A stretch of DNA of 64,000 nucleotides from assembly GCA_002788855.1 (NCBI GenBank), contig PFSB01000006.1, positions 5,467-69,466 on the forward strand, read 5' to 3'. Origin of the DNA: Candidatus Roizmanbacteria bacterium CG_4_9_14_0_2_um_filter_38_17 (GTDB lineage: Bacteria > Patescibacteriota > Microgenomatia > GCA-00278855). Positions within the stretch are counted from its first letter, which is position 1. Every line of letters begins with the position of its first letter. The position numbers and the translations under genes are program-made. The notes beneath the pieces are model-generated. The model worked only from the letters and a program-made list of their open reading frames with translations. It was not told the origin of the DNA and ran no database searches. Below are positions 38,773 through 48,481 of the stretch, piece by piece.

Positions 38773-40243
38773 CATTATTAGAAAGTTGCGAAGGAATTGG
38801 TATTTGATATCTATTTTGTTGATTTTATTACTGGCGTTCTTCTTGCGATTTTATAATTTTGAGAGCCGTTGGGTGTTGGCTCAAGATCAATCTCATAATG
38901 CATTAGTAGCTCGGTACGCTTTGCAGACTGGACAGATTCCTCTTGTTGGTCCTTTTTCATCAGCTGGACCATTTCAGACTGGCGGTGAGTGGTATTGGTT
39001 GGTTATGATTTCGACAGCCATATATCCTTTTTCTGTGATTACTCCCTGGATTATGTCAGTTGTATTAAGTCTGGTGTTTGTTTTGTTAATACTACATGTG
39101 GGTCGTGAGCTAATAGATAGAAAATTTGGTTTGATACTTGGGATATTAGCTGCAGTTTCGACGACACAGCTTGAACAGCCAGCCAATTTAACAAACCAGT
39201 CTCCACAAGCATTTTTTAGCCTTATTGTGTTATGGATGAGTATTAAATATATTAGGAATAAGAGGAGTAAATATTTGTTTGTGCTTGGTTTATGCGCCAG
39301 CTTAGCTGCTACAGTACATTTACAAGGGGCAGCATTATTTGCAATACCGATCGTAACATTTCTTGTTGTGGGTTTGCCGAGTTTACGGTCTTTACTCTAT
39401 TTGGCGATTGGTTCATTTATTCCCTTAGTGCCTCTACTGATATTTGATTTGCAGAATGATTTTGTAAACAGCAAAGGTATATCAAGTTACTATTTAGTTG
39501 AGCAGTATAGAATATCATATGAGATGTTGGGAAGAAGGTGGTTGACCTATGTTTTGCAATTCTGGCCAGAACAGTGGTCTTACATTATAGGCGGTTTCTT
39601 AGCGTTTGGTTATATTGTTCCAGGACTGATAGTATTGGCAACTATATATAAAGCTGTTACGAAAAAGCTCAGTAAAGAATGGCTAGTAATGATTATATCA
39701 ACGGGTGTAATGATAGTAGCTCTGCGTTATGTTCGTACACCAATATTTACAAGTTATATTATGTTTCTTAATCCGTTTGTGATTATCCTAACAGGATGGA
39801 TTGTGTATTTAACATATAAGATTAAACCCTATTTAGCTGTTATTTTATTAATACTGATTGTTATTGGGAGTCTGTGGAATAGTAAGGCAGCATTGCAGGG
39901 TGGGCTAACTCATTCATATTATGAGTCTAAATATTGGGAGAAGGTGCTGGAAGAGAAATATCCAGGTCAAAAGTTTGCTATACACGATTATAAGTTTGAT
40001 ACTGATGGTCGCGCATCCTCTTTTGCATTAGTTCTTTTTGTAGATGGATTAGTTTCTGATGATGGGGTCAAAATTGGTGTAGCCAAGGGAGAGAATAAGT
40101 TGGGTATTGTTATCAATAAGAGTTTCGGGTATGTAATTGTAGATATTAATGAGGTTAAAGTAGAAGGAGATGACTGGGGATTTATTAATCCTAGTCGTCA
40201 TTATGATGCATCACAGAATTGGTATCAAAATAAATCCGACTGA
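38765..40243 (+). CDS. GT-C membrane glycosyltransferase (ArnT/PMT_2-like, DQ variant)
   Basis: LRFY...QDQ, PLVGP.SS.G, polytopic. Confidence 0.75.
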   Translation: MTNIIRKLRRNWYLISILLILLLAFFLRFYNFESRWVLAQDQSHNALVARYALQTGQIPLVGPFSSAGPFQTGGEWYWLVMISTAIYPFSVITPWIMSVVLSLVFVLLILHVGRELIDRKFGLILGILAAVSTTQLEQPANLTNQSPQAFFSLIVLWMSIKYIRNKRSKYLFVLGLCASLAATVHLQGAALFAIPIVTFLVVGLPSLRSLLYLAIGSFIPLVPLLIFDLQNDFVNSKGISSYYLVEQYRISYEMLGRRWLTYVLQFWPEQWSYIIGGFLAFGYIVPGLIVLATIYKAVTKKLSKEWLVMIISTGVMIVALRYVRTPIFTSYIMFLNPFVIILTGWIVYLTYKIKPYLAVILLILIVIGSLWNSKAALQGGLTHSYYESKYWEKVLEEKYPGQKFAIHDYKFDTDGRASSFALVLFVDGLVSDDGVKIGVAKGENKLGIVINKSFGYVIVDINEVKVEGDDWGFINPSRHYDASQNWYQNKSD

Positions 40244-40247
40244 TGAT

Positions 40248-41441
40248 ATGGGTGCGATAATATTATTTGCATTGGTTACCCCAGTTTTGATGACATATGG
40301 CTTGAGTACGGGAAATACTCCTTATTGGTTGTTTGGGCTTATTTTTCTTCTTTTGGGAATAAACCTGTTTTTACGTAAAGATAAACATAGAATAATACTT
40401 ACCTGGAGTGTGATTTTAATAACAGTCGGGTCAGTCTTTTTTTCATCTGTAATAGTTCGGTCTCAGGTTGCTCCAGTGCATGGTGTGCACGATATAATTT
40501 TGCAGCTTGAGGCGGCTACAAGGTATCTTACTAAAGGAGTAAATCCTTATGTAGCAGATTATTTTGGTACAGCACTTGAAGAGTGGTACTACTCGGATAC
40601 AGCTATCAATCCAGCGTTATACCATTTCGTGATGCCACCTTTTTATCTACTGTCGTTTATCCCTTTCTACTTCTTTGGTGCTCACTTTTTTAGTATTGTT
40701 GATGGTAGATTGCCGCTATTTTTTGCGTTTGTTGGAATTTTGTGGATATTGAATAAGATTGTTCCTAAAGAAGATAGAGCTCTTGCTTTGGGATTATTTG
40801 CATTTAATCCTGCAACCTTAAGCTTTTTTCTGGAAGGTAGGAGTGATATTCAGATGTTTTGGTGGTTGCTCCTCTCTTTGTATGTTCTGGGTCGTAAGCA
40901 ATTTGTTTGGTCCGGGATATTAATGGGGTTGGCTTTTGCTACTAAGCAGTCTGCTTGGCCTATATTTCCTCTTTATGTTGCATATCTGTATTTCTCTACA
41001 ACAAAATCTTCACTGATTAAGGGAGTTTTTTCGTTTACCGTTGCCTTTGGTTTAGTAACATTACCGTTTTTACTGTGGGATGCGCGAGCATTTTTTGATT
41101 CAACAATACTTTATTTAAATGGATCGCTGCCAACTAGTTATCCTATATCTGGTTACGGAATAGGAATGATGCTTAATCAGTTTGGATTAATAAAAGATCT
41201 ACAGGGGTACTTTCCATTCTGGATATACCAGTTGATATTTGGGCTACCCGTGTTAGTTTACTTGATCAATTATTTACGGAAAAAACCTACGGTGCGCAAT
41301 TTATTATTCTCCTATGGCATATTTCTCTTTGTTTTTTGGTATATGTCTCGATACTTTAATAATAGTCATGTAGGATTTTTAACATCTGTCTTTGTGGTGT
41401 CATATTTCTGGCCACAGGGTGGGGGGTCAAAAAAACAATGA
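40248..41441 (+). CDS. GT-C glycosyltransferase, GT87-like
   Basis: HD, G.NPY...Y, Y..P..Y, FNP, G..D, GLA.ATKQ..W, PF.LWD; start uncertain (ORF opens at 40170). Confidence 0.72.
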   Translation: MGAIILFALVTPVLMTYGLSTGNTPYWLFGLIFLLLGINLFLRKDKHRIILTWSVILITVGSVFFSSVIVRSQVAPVHGVHDIILQLEAATRYLTKGVNPYVADYFGTALEEWYYSDTAINPALYHFVMPPFYLLSFIPFYFFGAHFFSIVDGRLPLFFAFVGILWILNKIVPKEDRALALGLFAFNPATLSFFLEGRSDIQMFWWLLLSLYVLGRKQFVWSGILMGLAFATKQSAWPIFPLYVAYLYFSTTKSSLIKGVFSFTVAFGLVTLPFLLWDARAFFDSTILYLNGSLPTSYPISGYGIGMMLNQFGLIKDLQGYFPFWIYQLIFGLPVLVYLINYLRKKPTVRNLLFSYGIFLFVFWYMSRYFNNSHVGFLTSVFVVSYFWPQGGGSKKQ

Positions 41442-43147
41442 AGAACTGGATATTATTAGGATTAATAATCGTTCTGGCTTTGACTTTGCGTGTGGTGAAT
41501 TTGGGAGAAATACCTTCGTTTCATTCTGACGAAGTTGATTTTACCTACAATGCTTATTCTCTTCTGCTAACCGGTAGAGATCAATCGGGTAAACTACTAC
41601 CTCTAGCTACAACTTCAGTGGGTGATTTTAGGCCAGCGGCATACACCTATTTTGCAATATTACCTGTTAAATTGTTGGGTGCGACCGAGTTTGCTGGTAG
41701 GTTGCCATCAGCAATCTTAGGATCTCTATCTGTACTAGTTCTGTATTTATTGTCAAAAAGATTACTCAAGAGTCGAAGAGTTGGTTTTATTTCGTGTGTG
41801 CTATTGGGGTTTTCGTTTTGGCATATTAATCTTTCGAGGGAGGCAAGTGAAAAAGTTATGGCTATGTTTTTTGTTTTAGCTGGCTTGTTGTTTATGTATC
41901 GCTATGTAATCAAGACGAAATTAACAAATTTATTTCTTGCTTTTATTTTCTTGATGCTATCAATTCACTCGTACTATTCACCTCGTCCTTTTCTTCTTTT
42001 ATTATTACCGGTTGTGTATTTACTTTATCAGAAAGTTTTAAAGGGAAAGCAAAAAATAGTATTAGCAACAGCAATGGGGCTATTTATGTTAGCTATTTTA
42101 TATTTTACGTTTTTCTTTGGGCAGAGTAGCGAGAGAATAGGCCAGCTAAATATATTTAACCATCCATACACAGTTGCTTTATTGGGAGAGCAGATCCGTG
42201 AAGAAGGTAATACAGCTAATGTCTATGCAACTCGTTTTTATCATAATAAACTTGTAAACTTTGGATTCACTATTGGCCAGAACTATCTGGATTATTTTTC
42301 ACCTAGATATTTGTTTCTTCAAGGAGGTTTTCCAAATAGAGTTAAAATTCCAGCAGTAGGATTGCTTAATTTAGCTGAGTTGCCACTTCTTGTATACGGA
42401 ATATTTGCTCTAGCTCAGAGGTATTTTAAGTATAAAAATAAGGAAATATTGTTGGTATTTTTCTGGCTTGTGTTGGCTCCACTTTCGCCAGCTTTGACTT
42501 TTGATGAAATACCAAATGTGTACCGGACGCTGTTAATGTTGCCTCCTTTATTAATAATAATTGCTGCTGGGGTTAGTGAGTTAATACAGATGTTGGTTTC
42601 AGTTAGATGTGGGAAAGTCATTATTACTGTGGTAGCAATATTCTATTGCTGGAATTTATTATTCTTTATTCATCAATACCATACACATTTTGAGATACAT
42701 CAGTCACAGTATCGTAATTATGCACAAAAGGAGTTGGGGTTATTCTTAAAAGAAATAGAAGGTGAATATGAAACCATATACATTAGTAAGGGATACAGTG
42801 GTGCAGATCAAGTAATTCGTTATTATTTTGGATATAGTCCAGAACAGTATCAAGCAGAAGGCTCACCAAGGGATGAAGACTATGAGGGCTTTGGAAAAAT
42901 TGTCTATGTGCCTATGCCGTGTGCTTATCCAGAGCTTATTGGAAAAAAGATACCTCAGATAGGAAAAAACTATTTATATGTTAATCGGGCTGATTGTCAA
43001 CGTGAGTACGAGCAGTATCGAATATCAACAATTACATGGAGAGACAACTCACCTGCATATAGGGTAATTTCACCAGGCGTGCTATCTGAACATCCTGCTC
43101 TTGATGAGACCCAGTTGATGGAGGACGTAAAGAAGGAAGCAGAATAA
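41438..43147 (+). CDS. GT-C glycosyltransferase (ArnT/PMT-like, DE..YNAYS subfamily)
   Basis: HSDE...YNAYSLL.TGRD..G..LP, GDFRP, RLPSA, WH..LSR. Confidence 0.83.
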   Translation: MKNWILLGLIIVLALTLRVVNLGEIPSFHSDEVDFTYNAYSLLLTGRDQSGKLLPLATTSVGDFRPAAYTYFAILPVKLLGATEFAGRLPSAILGSLSVLVLYLLSKRLLKSRRVGFISCVLLGFSFWHINLSREASEKVMAMFFVLAGLLFMYRYVIKTKLTNLFLAFIFLMLSIHSYYSPRPFLLLLLPVVYLLYQKVLKGKQKIVLATAMGLFMLAILYFTFFFGQSSERIGQLNIFNHPYTVALLGEQIREEGNTANVYATRFYHNKLVNFGFTIGQNYLDYFSPRYLFLQGGFPNRVKIPAVGLLNLAELPLLVYGIFALAQRYFKYKNKEILLVFFWLVLAPLSPALTFDEIPNVYRTLLMLPPLLIIIAAGVSELIQMLVSVRCGKVIITVVAIFYCWNLLFFIHQYHTHFEIHQSQYRNYAQKELGLFLKEIEGEYETIYISKGYSGADQVIRYYFGYSPEQYQAEGSPRDEDYEGFGKIVYVPMPCAYPELIGKKIPQIGKNYLYVNRADCQREYEQYRISTITWRDNSPAYRVISPGVLSEHPALDETQLMEDVKKEAE

Positions 43148-43825
43148 TGTATCTAGTACGTATTTGATTCCTTTCCAGCCACCGATGGATGAAGCCTCCT
43201 TAAAATAACGAACAGGAACAGGAGTTTCTCCTACTTTGAATCCATATGAAACCGCAGAAAAGATAAATTGTTGGTCAAATACGAAATTGTTTGAAAATCG
43301 CTGAAAAGGTATTACCTCTAAGGCTTTAGAAGAATAAGCTCGAAAACCGCTTAAGTGCTCTGAAAGATTCGTACCAAGGATTATATTAGCGATAGTTGTT
43401 AATATGCGATTTCCAAGGTATTTGATTGGTGGCATGCCTCCGGCGAGCGTCTCTTGACGTGTTCTGATTCTCGATCCTAGCATAACGTCGTATTCACCTT
43501 TAAGAATAGGTTCTACAAGTGCTGGTATTTTAGTTCCATCGTATTGGTAATCTGGGTGGAGCATGATTATTATGTCTGCATTGCTTTTTTGAGCTTCCCA
43601 ATAGCAAGTTTTTTGATTTCCTCCGTAGCCTACATTCTGCTTATGTACAAATGTTTTAATTCCTAGTTTTTTAGCTTCAATTGCTGTTCTATCTCCCGAG
43701 GCATCATCGACTAATATTATTTCGGAAATAAGATTTTTTGGTAAATCTTTAAATGTTTTTTCTAGAGTTTTCTCCGCGTAATATGCTGGCATTACAACAA
43801 CGATTTTGGGATTTGAGTCAGGCAT
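43082..43825 (-). CDS. GT2 polyprenyl-phosphate glycosyltransferase-like
   Basis: MPAY.AE.TL, LVDDAS.D.T, GYGGNQKTCY, HPDYQY, LGSR, SGFRAY, F.FDQ, RYF.EASSI. Confidence 0.9.
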   Translation of the reverse strand: MPDSNPKIVVVMPAYYAEKTLEKTFKDLPKNLISEIILVDDASGDRTAIEAKKLGIKTFVHKQNVGYGGNQKTCYWEAQKSNADIIIMLHPDYQYDGTKIPALVEPILKGEYDVMLGSRIRTRQETLAGGMPPIKYLGNRILTTIANIILGTNLSEHLSGFRAYSSKALEVIPFQRFSNNFVFDQQFIFSAVSYGFKVGETPVPVRYFKEASSIGGWKGIKYVLDTLFCFLLYVLHQLGLIKSRMFR

Positions 43826-43927
43826 AGTAATATCTATTATATCCTATTTCCTATCTTACTTGATTATGAGTGACTTAATACGTATCATGTCTTAATAATA
43901 TGAGATTATTATACCTCTTCATCTAAG

Positions 43928-45309
43928 ATGAAATACTATATTAATTATATAATTAAAAATCTGCACTATATATTCTTGCTTGGCTATACAGCTGCGGGGG
44001 TACTGGTTTCTCTGTTTAGATATTGGCAGTTTGAGACATTTTATTATGATTTTGGAATATATGATCAAGCCATCTGGAGAGTGTCTCGATTTCAGCCGCC
44101 TATAATCGACCATTTCGTTCGTACAGGTCAATGGATTTTTGCTGACCATTTTACTCCCAGTCTCTTTTTGCTTTCATCCTTGTATTGGATTACATCAAGA
44201 GCAGAAATTCAACTCATTGCTCAAGTTGTTGCTGTTAGTTTAAGTGGGTGGGTTTTATATAAGATTGGTATTAGTGTTTTGAAAGACCGGTTTATATCTT
44301 TTGCAATAATGGTTTCTTATCTACTATTTGTTGGTCTACAGAATGCGCTTATAACAGATATTCATCCGGATGTGTTTGCGACTTTACCATTTATGCTAAC
44401 GGTGTACTTGTTTGTACGTAATAAAAAGCGTTCTTACTACCTATGGTTACTAATATTTTTAGGTTTTAAGGAGAACTTTTTTTTTGGTAAGTGCTGGGCT
44501 GGCGATATTTATCTGGTTTGTGAATAAAAAATGGAGAAAAATAAGCTTAATAACCTTAGTAATACCATTATTATGGGGGTGGTTGAGTATTAAAATTATT
44601 ATTCCATATTTTGCAGGAGATTTGTACCAGTATGCTCCCACGGATTTGGGATCGATGCTGAGAGATTTAACTTTTCTAATTGATCATCCAATTAAACGCA
44701 AAACTTTATTTGATAGTTTTTTGAGTTTTGGATTCCTTCCTCTATTGTTTCCACCTGCGTATCCGCTTATATTACAAGACTTGAGTGTGAGATTTTTTCC
44801 ACAGTTTTCATATTTAAGGTGGGGGATGAGTATACATTATAGTGTACAACTTGCCGGGATAATGGGTGTGTCTAGTATCTATGCATGCTTAAGATTTGGT
44901 AAAAAAAGCTCGACTATATTACGGAATTGTGTTGGTTATTGTTGCATTATTTATGCACCAGTTTTATTTACATGGACCACTAGCACTTGCATATAATCGT
45001 GCATTTTATCTTCATACAAAAAACCTTCATTTTCTAGAGGAATTGGTAAATAAAGTGCCTAAAGATGCCTCTGTGATGACGCAGAACAATCTGGCTGTGC
45101 GTTTTACTCATCAGGATGTAATGCTCTTAAGAGATAACTATGAGGTTTATAATCCTGATTATATTGTTCTTGATCTAAGGGATGAGCAAAATCCTAATGT
45201 GTTTTTTGGGCTTAAAGATAAAGATAGCTTGCTAACTTTCTTGCTAAGAGATAAAAACTATGAGGCTATATTTCAGACTGAATATCAGTATGTCTTTCAA
45301 AAAAAGTAA
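43928..45309 (+). pseudogene. DUF2079-like GT-C membrane protein split into three ORFs by two +1 homopolymer frameshifts (pseudogene or phase-variable)
   Basis: YD.GIYDQAIW, DHF.P, D.HP, KE and HYS motifs are spread over ORFs 43928-44527, 44484-44996 and 44896-45309; removing one T (T9, 44477-44485) and one A (A7, 44901-44907) gives a single 459-aa frame. Confidence 0.8.
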
Positions 45310-45323
45310 GCCTTCTTAAGGCT
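45309..45323. terminator. Small hairpin between convergent genes, possible weak bidirectional terminator
   Basis: agcctt-ctt-aaggct with an A-run on the left and gttt on the right. Confidence 0.3.
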
Positions 45324-46845
45324 GTTTATATAGTAGTTCTTTAGCTTGCCCCCATTGTTTATCTGTTATCTCAGGTAGTTTCTGCTTATTTATATACAAG
45401 CAGGTGGGTTTGTCATCGGTTGAAATAAGCTGTTGGTATTCTTTGAGTATGTCTTTAGATAAAGATCCAAGAGCTATGCGTTCATCAGGACAAGATCCAT
45501 AGTAGAAATCTGGTGGATTATCTTTAAACATTTTCATGCGGGTGTTAGAGTACTTGGCAAAGTTAGGCATAGCTGAGGTATACCAAGAGTATTTATATGC
45601 CGATAGTCTTTGTGCCTGCCAGTAGATAAGATCGTCAAATCCGTCTAAGAAGAGAGTATCATCTGGATCTGAAAGAACCTTAACTACTTCTCCAACCTGC
45701 ATTTCGTTTCCAAAGTTGTTAACCAACATTTCATGTTGATTTAATTGCTCATGGATATAGGAACGTGGAGAGATAAGAATATAGCCAATAAGACTAATTA
45801 GTACTATTGCAAAAAGAGCAGTAATTTTATAGTTTTTATGTTGAAATTGATCTTGCAACATAAGGAAGATTGAGAATAGAAACACCCCAAGCCAAGGAGC
45901 CATGTGAAAAGCGCCGTAAAAAACATCTCCAGGCTCAACAAGTCGTAAATTTGCTAGTCCTAGAATCGCTAGTAGAGCTATAACGGATTTATACTGTTTT
46001 TGCTTAACTGTAATTATAAGCAAGACTACAAATACCCCGCTTAGTACTATTAGGGTATGTCTGAAAATGTTCCACTCACCGCTTAAAAAGATATATAGGG
46101 GATAAATAAATGACTTTATCATGTCTCTACCAAATTCAAAAAATCCTGTGTTGATGGTATATATGTTAAAGATATATTCTTGAACTGGATGAATTAGGAT
46201 AGTAGCAAGACTTAATAGTAAAAAAGTTATTAGTGAAATTTGTTTTACTTTAGAAAAAGGCTTACCAAGAACAATTAGACCAAAGCTTGCTAGAGTTGAT
46301 AGTAGAAAAGGAATACGCGTAAAGATAATAAACCAGCTACAAATAGCACTAACTACGTAATCTACTTTGTATATCTTCTTATTTTGATATTTATATATTA
46401 CAATCCCCACAAGATAAGCCAAGGGATAGACAATTAACCCCTCTCCTAAAAATCTCTCTCCAAACAAGTAGAATTTAAGTAGCTCATATAGAAACACAAA
46501 TCCTATGCCAAAAAAACCAAAACGAAGTAGTAGTAATAAGTTTGCGGTGAAACTAAAAAGAAGTACAAATTGACGATGGCGAAGTAGTAGTTCGAAAATA
46601 TTAGTAGGCTGAGTAAATAGCTGAATAAGATAACTAATGTAAGCCATTAGTGGCTGGTGATTAAAAAAGATTTGGGAGTACAATTGCTTGCCGTTTAAGA
46701 TGAAGTATCCGCCTAAGTAGTTAAAGCAGTCGTCAAAACAGCCAAATGCAGCAATTCTAGGGATATATAGTTTGTAAAGAAAAATGTACCAGGTAACCAA
46801 TATTAGCGTCACAATAACTAAATAAGGGAGTTTTTTTGTGTACAT
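45316..46845 (-). CDS. Probable GT-C membrane protein
   Basis: FDD..NY..G...L.GK.LY..IF.NHQPL, polytopic, soluble C-terminal domain; start set at MYTKK (46845). Confidence 0.7.
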   Translation of the reverse strand: MYTKKLPYLVIVTLILVTWYIFLYKLYIPRIAAFGCFDDCFNYLGGYFILNGKQLYSQIFFNHQPLMAYISYLIQLFTQPTNIFELLLRHRQFVLLFSFTANLLLLLRFGFFGIGFVFLYELLKFYLFGERFLGEGLIVYPLAYLVGIVIYKYQNKKIYKVDYVVSAICSWFIIFTRIPFLLSTLASFGLIVLGKPFSKVKQISLITFLLLSLATILIHPVQEYIFNIYTINTGFFEFGRDMIKSFIYPLYIFLSGEWNIFRHTLIVLSGVFVVLLIITVKQKQYKSVIALLAILGLANLRLVEPGDVFYGAFHMAPWLGVFLFSIFLMLQDQFQHKNYKITALFAIVLISLIGYILISPRSYIHEQLNQHEMLVNNFGNEMQVGEVVKVLSDPDDTLFLDGFDDLIYWQAQRLSAYKYSWYTSAMPNFAKYSNTRMKMFKDNPPDFYYGSCPDERIALGSLSKDILKEYQQLISTDDKPTCLYINKQKLPEITDKQWGQAKELLYKQP

Positions 46846-46873
46846 GATATGATTATAAGGTATATTCAAGGTT
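46846..46873. promoter_or_regulatory. 28-bp divergent leaderless promoter region
   Basis: Minus-strand TATAAT (46857-46852) is 6 nt from ATG 46845; plus-strand TATATT (46861-46866) is 7 nt from ATG 46874. Confidence 0.55.
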
Positions 46874-48481
46874 ATGAGAAAGCTATTTGTACTTATATTC
46901 ATACTGGGTCTTAGTTTACGGCTATATCAGCTGGGTTCAAATCCAGTGTCTTTGGCGTGGGATGAGGCTGCCTGGGGATATAATGCTTATTCCTTAGGGA
47001 TAGATGGTAGGGATGAGTTTGGTGCACTACTATCAATGAGTTACCTTGAGTCATTCGGAGACTTTAAGCCACCCTTATATGCGTATCTTACAGTGTTACC
47101 AGTTAAACTACTGGGCTTAAACGAACTAGCGACCCGAATTCCTTCAGCTGTTATCGGTAGCTTAACTATTATAGCTGTGTATTTTCTAACAAAAGAGATC
47201 TTTAGATCAAGTCAAAAAAGATCACACTATGCTTTAGCTACAAGTTTTCTTTTGGCCATAAGCCCTTGGCATATTAATTTATCCAGAGCAGCTTTTGAAG
47301 CCAACGTTGCTCAGCTGTTGATAATAATGGGAGTTTTCTTTTTTTTCTTCTTTATTAGAGGTAAACCGAAGTTACTAGTACTGTCTGCCTTGTTTTTTGT
47401 ATTTTCTTTGTATACCTTTAATACAGCGCGTGTTTTTGTACCCTTATTGGTTCTAGCATTAACTATATTTAATTACCGGATATTATTAAAATACCGAAGA
47501 TGGGTGTTAATAGCTACGGTTATTGGTATCTTAATTAGTATTCCATTGTTAAGATTTATGTTAACTCCTCAGTCGAAACTGCGTTATCACGAGGTGAATA
47601 TTTTTTCTGATGCGGGAGTTGTAGAGCTGGCAAATAGGGAAATAGCTAATGACGGAAATACGATTGTTTCGCGAGTGATACATAATCGCAGGTTTGGCTA
47701 TGCTCGATCATATATGAAGCACTACATGGATCACTTCAATCCAGAGTTTTTATTCATTAGGGGAGATGGAAACCCTAAGTTCTCAATACAGGATGTTGGT
47801 CAGCTGTATTTATGGGAGTTACCGTTCTTAGTTGGAGGAATACTACTGCTTATTAGAAAGAAAGAGGGAAATTGGTGGATTGTACCAGCATGGCTACTTT
47901 TGGGGATTCTGCCAGCAGCTACCGCACGTGAGACACCACATGCGTTGAGAATAGAGACGACTCTTCCTATGTGGCAGATTTTTACAGCGTATGGTTTGGT
48001 GACTTTAGTTTCTTGCGTGAAGCGTCAAAAGTTAAAGGTTGTTGCTATGAGTGTTATAGCTCTAGCAATTGCGGCAAATGGAACATACTACTTACATGGG
48101 TACTATAGACACTATCCAGTTGAGTATGCGCATGAGTGGCAGTATGGATACCAAGAGATGTTCGCGTATACAGAGCTTGTTAAAGGTAATTACGATAAGA
48201 TTATAGTTACAGAACTTCTAGGAAGACCGTATATCTACAATCTGTTCTATTCTAAGATAGATCCTAAATCATTTAGAGAACAAGCAATTGTTGAACGAGA
48301 GGCACTTGGATTCGTGACTGTTAAAGAATTTGATAAATATATTTTTACAAAAGAGCCAAGTAGATATATTGAAGGCAATCTACTTTATGTAAATATACCT
48401 ACTAATGTTCCTAAATCTGCTGTAGTTAAGAAGATTGTTGAGTTGCCTAATGGCAGTGGGGCATTTGTGATATATGAATAA
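46874..48481 (+). CDS. GT-C glycosyltransferase (ArnT/PMT-like, DE..GYNAYS subfamily)
   Basis: WDEAAWGYNAYSL...GRDEFG, SFGDFKPP, LAISPWH..LSR..FE, PHALR, WQYGY. Confidence 0.85.
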   Translation: MRKLFVLIFILGLSLRLYQLGSNPVSLAWDEAAWGYNAYSLGIDGRDEFGALLSMSYLESFGDFKPPLYAYLTVLPVKLLGLNELATRIPSAVIGSLTIIAVYFLTKEIFRSSQKRSHYALATSFLLAISPWHINLSRAAFEANVAQLLIIMGVFFFFFFIRGKPKLLVLSALFFVFSLYTFNTARVFVPLLVLALTIFNYRILLKYRRWVLIATVIGILISIPLLRFMLTPQSKLRYHEVNIFSDAGVVELANREIANDGNTIVSRVIHNRRFGYARSYMKHYMDHFNPEFLFIRGDGNPKFSIQDVGQLYLWELPFLVGGILLLIRKKEGNWWIVPAWLLLGILPAATARETPHALRIETTLPMWQIFTAYGLVTLVSCVKRQKLKVVAMSVIALAIAANGTYYLHGYYRHYPVEYAHEWQYGYQEMFAYTELVKGNYDKIIVTELLGRPYIYNLFYSKIDPKSFREQAIVEREALGFVTVKEFDKYIFTKEPSRYIEGNLLYVNIPTNVPKSAVVKKIVELPNGSGAFVIYE

